Virus record (IMG/VR): IMGVR_UViG_3300022719_000152
Span: 1-22,793 of that record
Source of the DNA: a virus
Strand: one strand, 5' to 3'
Length of the DNA: 22,793 nucleotides
Below the pieces are notes generated by a model. It ran no database searches. It was not told where the DNA came from and was given only the letters and a program-made list of their open reading frames with translations. Position numbers and translations under genes: made by a program. Below, piece by piece: positions 14,917 through 21,844 of this stretch. Numbering within the stretch: position 1 is the first letter of the stretch; every line of letters starts with the position of its first letter.

Positions 14917-15500
14917 GCGTAGAGCTCGTGCAGTGACTGGACATCCTTGTCAGTCACTACGTAGGACTGATCGTGCTCAAGCCTCGCCACCATGATGGAA
15001 TTCTTGACCTCATCGTGTGCCAAACCCAAAACGTGGCCGAGTTCATGTTGTAGAGCGTCCGCTAGATAGCTCATGTGTACCCCGTCCCACCCTGGCAGCA
15101 GCCACACAGTCGCTGACTGAACAACGTCGTCTTTGTCGTAGAGGAGCTGCACCCAGGCGTAGGCAGAGCAGTCATCTTCTTCCCTCTCCGAGTTTGACTC
15201 CTGGATAAAGACGAATTTGTTGCTGTCTGGGTCGATAAGATCTCCTACCCCGGAGAACAGCTTCAACCCCACAGAGTCGTTCCAGAAGTCCACAGCGGCC
15301 TGGGCAACCTCTTTGACCAATGCCCGCTTTTCTAGCCCCTCCCCTAGAATGATGGTGATGGGCACCCAATCAGGCATGAACTTGAGGCCCGGAAGGGTAG
15401 AGTGATCCCCCTTCTTATCCTTGTCGCGAATCACCATCACAGTGATCAAAGTCAGGATGGCAAGAAAGAAAACGCAGAAGAGACTGATTTTCCAAGTCAT
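14913..15500 (-). CDS. Membrane-anchored matrixin (M10/metzincin) metalloprotease
   Basis: Start ATG 15500 (MTWKISLFCVFFLAILTLITVMVI anchor); HELGHVLGLAH (HExxHxxGxxH) and Met-turn SIM. Confidence 0.88.
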   Translation of the reverse strand: MTWKISLFCVFFLAILTLITVMVIRDKDKKGDHSTLPGLKFMPDWVPITIILGEGLEKRALVKEVAQAAVDFWNDSVGLKLFSGVGDLIDPDSNKFVFIQESNSEREEDDCSAYAWVQLLYDKDDVVQSATVWLLPGWDGVHMSYLADALQHELGHVLGLAHDEVKNSIMVARLEHDQSYVVTDKDVQSLHELYA

Positions 15501-15682
15501 CAGTTGTCCGTCCTTGCCCCGTACAGGAGCTGCAGCACCCACAAATCGTGAGGGTTCAGTTTGTCGGGCATGAGGAAGAATCGGCACCACTCCGATTTGG
15601 ACCAGTTCTGGTCCATATACCGAAGCACCTGTCGGCGCTCCTCAACCTTCTGAGCAATCGAGGCCCGCATTCCTACCGGCAT
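15500..15682 (-). CDS. Small hypothetical protein
   Basis: Stop overlaps the matrixin start (TGATG); start uncertain, no clear SD. Confidence 0.4.
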   Translation of the reverse strand: MPVGMRASIAQKVEERRQVLRYMDQNWSKSEWCRFFLMPDKLNPHDLWVLQLLYGARTDN

Positions 15683-15786
15683 ATCTTGAAGAAAAGCATG
15701 AGAAACCTTGAAAACCAACAACCACCGTGGGACCGTCAGAGCATACCTGTATGGTGCACCACATGGACCTCGGCGCGGAGCCAATA

Positions 15787-16236
15787 ATGTGCGTTTTGTG
15801 TGAAAGAGAGGAGATGACCCGGGAGGCTCGTCTCCGGGAGTATCTCAAAGACTCCAAGACATTTGAGGGCAACAAGTACCCCGTGATGGCTGAGTTTGGT
15901 CGCCGAGCTCGTAAAGCACTGAAGCTAATTCAACCCTACATGAAATCCGGTGAACAGGTCAGAGAAGATGTGTCCGCCAAGATATTGCCTGCGCTGGGGG
16001 CGGCCTACACCACAGGTATTGCAATGTCCGGCCAGTTGCAGTCTGTTGGGCTGAAATGCCGAGACAGCAGAGCTCGCTACGTCGGTCTCATAGACCTTCT
16101 TGCTTTCCTACTCCGGGACTTCAACGTCATGGTCCCCACCTGCCACGCTCGAGCTATGATGGAAGTCGCCCCCCGAGTAGTGAGTCAGATCCAAGAGGCC
16201 ATGGAAGGCCCGGAGCACCCAGAACAACTCAACTAG
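15787..16236 (+). CDS. Hypothetical helical protein
   Basis: Probable start ATG 15787 (MCVLCERE) after GGAG. Confidence 0.65.
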   Translation: MCVLCEREEMTREARLREYLKDSKTFEGNKYPVMAEFGRRARKALKLIQPYMKSGEQVREDVSAKILPALGAAYTTGIAMSGQLQSVGLKCRDSRARYVGLIDLLAFLLRDFNVMVPTCHARAMMEVAPRVVSQIQEAMEGPEHPEQLN

Positions 16237-16243
16237 AGGACCC

Positions 16244-16564
16244 ATGGCCACAATAACCGTCACGTACACTGCACCAGTGTACGCACAAGGCTCTACGGAT
16301 TCGTGTGCAGTGGCCAACGTCACAACTTCAGTCACTATCCGCCTAGGCAGTTCCGGGTCATCTATACCAATACCACCAGCCCCTCGACCTGATCCGGCAG
16401 AACTACTCCAAGCAATTCGACATCCACCTCCTCCGCTACCTGCGAAAAATCGCCGCCTGGAAGCTCTGACCCCGAGAAAAATCGCCGTCATGGTCTCCCA
16501 AGTTGTGGTTCCTCGCCGCCGCGAAGGGGGCATAGGCATCAAAAACTTCAGGAGAAAGAAATGA
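16244..16564 (+). CDS. Hypothetical Pro-rich protein
   Basis: SD GAGGA; ATGA-coupled to the next gene. Confidence 0.6.
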   Translation: MATITVTYTAPVYAQGSTDSCAVANVTTSVTIRLGSSGSSIPIPPAPRPDPAELLQAIRHPPPPLPAKNRRLEALTPRKIAVMVSQVVVPRRREGGIGIKNFRRKK

Positions 16565-16773
16565 GTAACAAAGACAGCGTCCTTAAAGATCTACGTTCAA
16601 ACGACTCCTCAGAACCCGAGGAAGAAGAGATGTGGGAAGACCCGTTTCCTGAATGGGAGGAACAGCGTGCCCCTCATCTAAGTTGCGCCTCTTACCCTAA
16701 CTGCGATGTAAACCCAAACGGTTGCTCAATCGAGAATAGGGAAGATGCAGAACCCTACGGTCATCGGGACTAA
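16561..16773 (+). CDS. Small acidic Cys-containing protein
   Basis: SD AGGAG; HLSCASYPNCDVNPNGC. Confidence 0.7.
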   Translation: MSNKDSVLKDLRSNDSSEPEEEEMWEDPFPEWEEQRAPHLSCASYPNCDVNPNGCSIENREDAEPYGHRD

Positions 16774-17150
16774 TGGGTAAATTAACCAAAATGACCATCG
16801 CGAACCTCAACCCCGAGATCCGTGACCTGGTCGTGTGGCTCAATGAGATGGGCTACGAAACCACTGATAGCGGAGACGGCACCAACCACACCAACGGCAT
16901 GGAGGGAGCTCTCGAATTCCCCCATATCGCGGTGCTATTCAATCCCAACCAATCCCGATGGCAAAATGCAATTCTGCAAGCCCGGGACCTACACAAGGAG
17001 CTCAAGGAGAGAGGTATCAAGTTTGGGTACCTGGACAAGGACCCCATCATAGAGCTCCACTACAACCCGGAAGACGACACCGCGTTGATCATGGTCTGCA
17101 ACGTCACCAGTGATATGGTGGACATGCGGCCAAAGGAAGAGACAGGCTAG
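16773..17150 (+). CDS. Hypothetical protein, possibly Tyw3-like N-terminal fold
   Basis: PEIRDLVVWLNEMGYETTDSGDG resembles the I..LV..LN..G..T.xSCxG pattern; TAATG coupling. Confidence 0.6.
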   Translation: MGKLTKMTIANLNPEIRDLVVWLNEMGYETTDSGDGTNHTNGMEGALEFPHIAVLFNPNQSRWQNAILQARDLHKELKERGIKFGYLDKDPIIELHYNPEDDTALIMVCNVTSDMVDMRPKEETG

Positions 17151-17401
17151 CCTTCGGCCTCTTCCTCCCCTGAAGAGTCCTCGGGCTCTTCTTTAGCCCC
17201 AAAGTCTTGCTCCTCTGAGACGACCCAAGTCAATCGAATCCCCTCCAGGTCAACGTACTCCTCATCCTCGCTCTCCCCCTGCTTGGTGGTGAGCGTGGGC
17301 TCTGTATCTGGTACCTCCACACCTGCCGTCTTCAAAATCTCTTGCAAGGCCTCCGCAGTGAGATCGAGATCAATGGTGGTCTCTTTGGTGAGCTTGATCA
17401 T
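17147..17401 (-). CDS. Small acidic protein
   Basis: ATGA-coupled to the AAA ATPase gene; E-rich. Confidence 0.7.
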   Translation of the reverse strand: MIKLTKETTIDLDLTAEALQEILKTAGVEVPDTEPTLTTKQGESEDEEYVDLEGIRLTWVVSEEQDFGAKEEPEDSSGEEEAEG

Positions 17402-18690
17402 GCTGCCTGCGCTTTCTCTACCGCGCGGACAGCGGCCGTGGGATCATTCCGGTTATCCATGAGGAACTTCTGCAGGTTGGACATGCTATACTCACGGTCC
17501 CGACCCACTGCAATCTGAAACTCCACCGCCAATCCTAGCTCGTCGGGGAAGAATCGTCTGAAGAGCTCAAGGGCCTGCTCTTGAGATGCGTTCTTGAACT
17601 CGAAGTGGTGGTCAGCGCGCCCCGGTCGGATCAACGCCTCATCTAACCGGTTAATATGGTTGGTGGTCATAATGAGCAGCCGACCTTCACTGCTAGTCAC
17701 GCCATCGAGTGCGTTGAGGAACCCGCTGAAGGTAAGCACTGGCTCACTGAACGGGACACCACTATTCGACTCCCGATCTTGAAAGAAGCAGTCTACATCT
17801 TCGATGATGAGGATTGAGTGCGGGGGCACGCTAGCGATGAGCTGCCTGAAGTGCCCGTCCGTCAGACAATCCACACGGGCAATGTAGATGTCCCGGTCAA
17901 ACTTACTAGCTAAGGCTACTGCAGTAGAAGTCTTCCCATTGCCAGGCCTCCCATGGAACAGAAACCCCATGCGATAAGGGATACCGAGGCGCTGGTACCA
18001 TTTGCGGCTGGTGAAGAACTCCTCTGTGCGGAAGAGGATTTCCTTCATCATCCCCTCATCGAGCACCACAGACTCCTCCGACCTGGGCATGCGGCCGTCG
18101 ATCTTGCTCCAGTTTCCGTAGTTGTGGGAGTAGATGCCTACGGTTTTCTCATCAGGGGAGACAGTGGCTTCTTGCGCTTCAAACATGAGATCTCGGACGT
18201 AGTCTTGCCCTTGGAAAGTTCGAAGAGTGAACATCTCCCTCCAGAACCTAGCATGCTGCCCTCCCTCTTGTTTCTCTCGCGTCTTAGTGAGCCAAATCCA
18301 ATGCCCTTTGAACTTCAAAAGGTGCATGCCTGGTGCTGGCGTGAAATACACTTTCGGTTTGTTCCTCTTCTGTGCATAGGGACCATTGATGGGGCCTACA
18401 AGAGCTTCCTTGGAGAAGCCTGGTACGTATGCTGTGGCCTCAGTAGAGACGGAAAGAAGTCGAGACTTCTGACTGTACTCATGCTTTGAGAGCCACTCCT
18501 CCAACCAGAAGAAGGCTTCGTCCTGATCACTCACATCGACCGTGGTGATCAATCTACGTTGCAGGAAGTTCTTGGCGAGGCGAGGAATATACCGAAAGTA
18601 AGCCAGCACTGCACCCAACAACATGAGCAGCGTGCCACCAGTAAGGAACTGGTTCTCAAACTGCGCTTTTAGAAATTCGACTACGGACAT
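17398..18690 (-). CDS. BCS1-like membrane-anchored AAA+ ATPase
   Basis: Start ATG 18690 after GGAG; N-terminal TM helix; BCS1_N-like YFTPAPGMHLLKFKGHWIW; Walker A GRPGNGKT; Walker B ILIIEDVD; TFSGFLNALDGV; MTTNH...ALIRPGRAD. Confidence 0.9.
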   Translation of the reverse strand: MSVVEFLKAQFENQFLTGGTLLMLLGAVLAYFRYIPRLAKNFLQRRLITTVDVSDQDEAFFWLEEWLSKHEYSQKSRLLSVSTEATAYVPGFSKEALVGPINGPYAQKRNKPKVYFTPAPGMHLLKFKGHWIWLTKTREKQEGGQHARFWREMFTLRTFQGQDYVRDLMFEAQEATVSPDEKTVGIYSHNYGNWSKIDGRMPRSEESVVLDEGMMKEILFRTEEFFTSRKWYQRLGIPYRMGFLFHGRPGNGKTSTAVALASKFDRDIYIARVDCLTDGHFRQLIASVPPHSILIIEDVDCFFQDRESNSGVPFSEPVLTFSGFLNALDGVTSSEGRLLIMTTNHINRLDEALIRPGRADHHFEFKNASQEQALELFRRFFPDELGLAVEFQIAVGRDREYSMSNLQKFLMDNRNDPTAAVRAVEKAQAA

Positions 18691-18818
18691 GCTGTACTCC
18701 ACAACCACAAAAGATGAGATGCCGGGGTTTCCAGGACGATAGGAACTCTATATGCCCCCATTTCCAAATTTTGCCGCACTTGCACTTGAAGCGCCGGCTA
18801 TTCGAGTGATGGCTTACT

Positions 18819-19208
18819 TTAACCACTGCAACTCTTTTTAGTTTTGTCGATTATCTCAACAGTGACTTTGAGCTCTGCCTCCTGGCCGTGAGGGAACGGG
18901 CTACTAATCTTGGCGGTGAATGAGTTGGGTTCTCCTAAAGGAGCCAACAACCTAATCTCACAGGGTGGGTGTCTACCGACAAGAGAAGTACGCACGAGCT
19001 CCATGAACTCATAGAACAAGCGCTCTCTGTACTGATTCAGTATGAGGTGGCGGATTCGACCAGCTATAGAGTAGGGGGCCCCATCTTCATCTTTATTGGG
19101 AGCTTTCAACTCATCGAGGTACATGTCGAGACCCTCAATCTCTTCTCGAAACAATTCAAGAGTATTCTCCACCATGCCTAACTTGGGGGGAGTGATTTCA
19201 TTACTCAT
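18819..19208 (-). CDS. Hypothetical protein
   Basis: ATGA coupling; SD GGACGGA. Confidence 0.7.
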   Translation of the reverse strand: MSNEITPPKLGMVENTLELFREEIEGLDMYLDELKAPNKDEDGAPYSIAGRIRHLILNQYRERLFYEFMELVRTSLVGRHPPCEIRLLAPLGEPNSFTAKISSPFPHGQEAELKVTVEIIDKTKKSCSG

Positions 19209-19480
19209 GCTTTCCGTCCTCTGTCTCTTCCTCGTGGCCAGATGAAATTGGCAACGTCCCAGTACATCTTGGCCTGACGTTTGAGTTGAAGAACCTCGGG
19301 ATGTCTCTTCGAGGCTCCCGGGTTGTACTTGTCCACGCTCTCAGCCAGTAAGTTGGCGCGCGCCTCAATGCTTTCGTAAGTGTGCGCTAGCCAATCGGCC
19401 GCCGTCATTCGAGCTTCAATGGTCGGAGGAGGCGGTTGGATATTGTCGAACTTCCGCTTCGTCTCTGATTTCTCTGACAT
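19205..19480 (-). CDS. Hypothetical helical protein
   Basis: SD AGGGAG; ATGA coupling. Confidence 0.7.
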   Translation of the reverse strand: MSEKSETKRKFDNIQPPPPTIEARMTAADWLAHTYESIEARANLLAESVDKYNPGASKRHPEVLQLKRQAKMYWDVANFIWPRGRDRGRKA

Positions 19481-19522
19481 GAGGGTGGTCTCCCTAGCGA
19501 CCTGACAGCCGCTTCACAAGTC

Positions 19523-19723
19523 CTATCTGTTTTGGTCGCCCTCTACAACCTTCAGATTCTGACACTTCGGACATTGCTGAGGAGTGTAGACGATGAAGAC
19601 ACGAGTGTTGTGAGGAAGAAGTTCCTTGGAAGCGTCGATGCCTCGATCAAGGACTTGGAACTGCGTGCCGCAATCCTTGCACTCCAGGAAGAAGTGCCAG
19701 TTTCGGGGAGGTAGGTCAGCCAT
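19523..19723 (-). CDS. Zn-ribbon protein
   Basis: CKDC...CPKC; SD GAGGTAGG. Confidence 0.75.
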   Translation of the reverse strand: MADLPPRNWHFFLECKDCGTQFQVLDRGIDASKELLPHNTRVFIVYTPQQCPKCQNLKVVEGDQNR

Positions 19724-19779
19724 CAGACTGACCTACCTCAATGCGAACTCCCGAAGAAAAGAGAGATACCTCCTCATTC

Positions 19780-19995
19780 TTAGCCAGTTGCTTGGAGAAC
19801 AGCAGGAGCACTTCGCTCATCGCGTTCAGTGAGCGTGTACTCCTTATCTCCCAGCCGTATGACAGTCTCTCGTCCCCGCTCACGAAGTCGGGCTCCAGAT
19901 ACTTTTGCTGAGGATGAGCTACGGAGGTCTCGAGCGAGATCTTCGAGCTTCTCCGCCATCTCACGGGCTAGAACGAGCTGTAGAGCCTGTCCCAT
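19780..19995 (-). CDS. Hypothetical protein
   Basis: Start ATG 19995 (MGQALQ) after AAAGGGGG; a sigma70-like TAGACA-N16-TATATT lies upstream. Confidence 0.6.
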   Translation of the reverse strand: MGQALQLVLAREMAEKLEDLARDLRSSSSAKVSGARLRERGRETVIRLGDKEYTLTERDERSAPAVLQATG

Positions 19996-20070
19996 GGTGT
20001 ACCCCCTTTCTATGCACATAATATACGCACCTGACGAAAACTGTCTAGTCTAATGTGACTAGGGAGGAGT

Positions 20071-20107
20071 GTCTCCTGCACAATTCTCATCGTTTTGTGC
20101 AGGAGAC
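20071..20107. repeat. Perfect 13-bp inverted repeat (hairpin)
   Basis: GTCTCCTGCACAA-N11-TTGTGCAGGAGAC. Confidence 0.9.
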
Positions 20108-20117
20108 GTACTTGACT

Positions 20118-20144
20118 TCACCGCATCAGGCATCACCTCCTTTC
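20118..20144 (-). other. Extended SD followed by a Met-Arg-stop minigene
   Basis: GAAAGGAGGTGAT GCCTG ATG CGG TGA. Confidence 0.45.
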
Positions 20145-20157
20145 GCTGCAATTCGAT

Positions 20158-20245
20158 TGGTGGGTGGAGAAGGAGTCGAACCTACGGAGATCTCAAGATC
20201 ATCGGTTTTACAGACCGCACCGGCCCCCTACCGGAATATCCACCC
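20158..20245 (-). tRNA. tRNA-Tyr (GTA)
   Basis: Acceptor stem GGGTGGA/TCCACCC, discriminator A, encoded CCA, anticodon loop CTGTAAA, long variable arm GATC-TTGA-GATC, T loop TTCGACT. Confidence 0.9.
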
Positions 20246-20272
20246 AGCGGGATAATCCTCGTCAGGCGGAGT

Positions 20273-20468
20273 CCTAGACTCCCGAGCTCGTGGACGAATC
20301 CAACCTCTGTACGCGCCTGCCCGGAGGTTGGGTATTGGGCCGGGAGGCGCTAGGCGAAATTTTGGCTGTCGATGACGAAGTGATTTGGCTTTGAGGCGCA
20401 ATACGTCGCCCAGCCTTTAAGGCCGAAACGTTCTAGTACTGCTGTTGCCAACGTCATCATTGAGACCA
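20273..20468. ncRNA. Candidate structured RNA(s) 5' of the tRNA
   Basis: Two multi-stem foldbacks (20273-20354 and 20363-20468) lie between a minus-strand promoter and the tRNA. Confidence 0.35.
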
Positions 20469-20469
20469 G

Positions 20470-20499
20470 ACGGTACCGCGAAAATGGTGACACGGTCAA
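20470..20499 (-). promoter_or_regulatory. Sigma70-like promoter for the tRNA unit
   Basis: TTGACC-N18-TACCGT on the minus strand. Confidence 0.5.
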
Positions 20500-20520
20500 C
20501 ACAATTTCACCCCATATTTT

Positions 20521-20538
20521 GGGACAAGGAAGTTGAAG
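20521..20538 (+). promoter_or_regulatory. Putative phage promoter motif copy 8 (GGGACAAG-N6-GAAG)
   Basis: At the strand switch, upstream of ATG 20575. Confidence 0.6.
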
Positions 20539-20574
20539 GAAGTTCTCTACATATCACTAAAAAAGGAGTCAGAG

Positions 20575-20787
20575 ATGGAGGAAGGTGTGAAGCTAGGTGT
20601 GAAGGTGTTCTGTGCTACCAAACATAACGAACGTGAAAACCTTGGAACCCCAATTACGAAATGGCTGACGGCCCAACAGAAGGAATACGGCGACAAGTTC
20701 CTAATCAAAGACACAATAGTAAAACAAAGTTCAGACAGTGAGTACCACTGCTTGAGCATCATCTTCCTCTACGGAATTCATCTGTGA
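20575..20787 (+). CDS. Small conserved protein resembling a Myxococcota family (VKVFxAT...QSSDxxxHC)
   Basis: SD AAGGAG; GVKVFCATKHNERENLG..ITKWL...QSSDSEYHCLSIIFLY. Family recalled, not searched. Confidence 0.75.
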   Translation: MEEGVKLGVKVFCATKHNERENLGTPITKWLTAQQKEYGDKFLIKDTIVKQSSDSEYHCLSIIFLYGIHL

Positions 20788-20960
20788 ATTCAGAAAACAG
20801 TCTGTGGCCTGAACCTATAGAAGACGCCCCTAGCGAGGAACAGCTCAGCGCTTGGGTTTTGGATTCTATAGTAGACGCAACAGATGGATGCCAAGTTGAG
20901 CCTGATGGTGTGTGCCCACACGGATACCCATCATGGCTCATACAACTGGGGTTAATCTAA
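20784..20960 (+). CDS. Small Cys/His protein (58 aa)
   Basis: Below the track cutoff; GTGA and TAATG overlaps with neighbours; DATDGCQVEPDGVCPHGYPSWLIQLGLI. Confidence 0.75.
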   Translation: MNSENSLWPEPIEDAPSEEQLSAWVLDSIVDATDGCQVEPDGVCPHGYPSWLIQLGLI

Positions 20961-21355
20961 TGTCTTCTAAAGTAGAAGATCTAGAGTTTGTTCTCAACAC
21001 TGATCTACAAGCTTTGAGCGTTTCCGCTTACAGAAAAGGTTTAGGAGGAACTGCCAGTGCTTCTTTATGTAGAGGAGTTTGGTGGATCGACCGAGTGGTA
21101 GTCTCTCCCAAGCTACATAGGAAGGGGCTAGGTACTCTCTTGTTGAAGAAGCTATCAGAGATGGTTGCCTCTACAGATGTTCACACCCTAAAGGTTTGCC
21201 CTGGAGGGTATGAAGGTCAAATCACCTACGCCGGACAATGCGCCTTCTACGAATCATGCGGGTTCGAGCACGTCGTAGATGGCATCTTTATAAAACTCAT
21301 AACCAAGAAAGAATTACTCAATGAGCGACCAGCAACCCTCAACTCCAGGCACTGA
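20960..21355 (+). CDS. GNAT-family acetyltransferase
   Basis: Start ATG 20960; motif A IDRVVVSPKLHRKGLGTLLL; C-terminal AFYESCGF. Confidence 0.85.
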   Translation: MSSKVEDLEFVLNTDLQALSVSAYRKGLGGTASASLCRGVWWIDRVVVSPKLHRKGLGTLLLKKLSEMVASTDVHTLKVCPGGYEGQITYAGQCAFYESCGFEHVVDGIFIKLITKKELLNERPATLNSRH

Positions 21356-21815
21356 CAAACCATTGCGTCTGGACAAAGAACGTGGCGTCAATCCAGCAAT
21401 CACCGTTTGTCCTGCTTGCGGGACAGATGTCGGTCTGGTCTTATTAGGGGTAGGCGGCTTCAAGAAGAAGTGTTTGGATTGCAACACCACGAACATCGGG
21501 TACCAAAGTCAAAACCGATGTGGCAACTGCAAGAGCTGCCGACTCAAAGATGAAGGCCGTCTACGAGAAGGTGAGAGGGTTCCAGATGAGTTGTGTGACG
21601 ACTGCGCAGAAAAGCAACGGCTAGTCGATGAGGAGGTAAAGAGCGGAGGAGTCTACTGGAAGTGCTCAGATTGCCACTCCACTGGAGCATTGAAGGAAGA
21701 TACACCTCTAGCCGCTGCAGTTCGAGATCAATCAAAGATAGCTCCACCTGACCCAGTCGGAATAGAATTTTCAAAAGAACATTGCCCAGTATGCAATCAG
21801 GAGGAGCTCTCCTGA
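21321..21815 (+). CDS. Multi-Zn-finger protein
   Basis: Six CxxC pairs: CPAC, CLDC, CGNC, CDDC, CSDC, CPVC. Confidence 0.8.
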   Translation: MSDQQPSTPGTDKPLRLDKERGVNPAITVCPACGTDVGLVLLGVGGFKKKCLDCNTTNIGYQSQNRCGNCKSCRLKDEGRLREGERVPDELCDDCAEKQRLVDEEVKSGGVYWKCSDCHSTGALKEDTPLAAAVRDQSKIAPPDPVGIEFSKEHCPVCNQEELS

Positions 21816-21844
21816 CTGTGGGCTAACTCAAACTGGAGAAACCA

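Noticed and set aside
18748-18826. Short minus-strand frame VVKVSHHSNSRRFKCKCGKIWKWGI and a possible shift at T AAA AAG
   Set aside because: No SD, an imperfect heptamer, and a -1 shift would reach a stop within a few codons.
19716-19964. Track ORF of 82 aa
   Set aside because: Mostly overlaps 19780..19995; at best a 34-aa peptide from ATG 19820 with no SD.
20405-20435. Hammerhead-like GCCTTTAAGGC CGAAAC
   Set aside because: The required CUGANGA core is absent; tmRNA, SRP and Y RNA signatures were also not found in this region.
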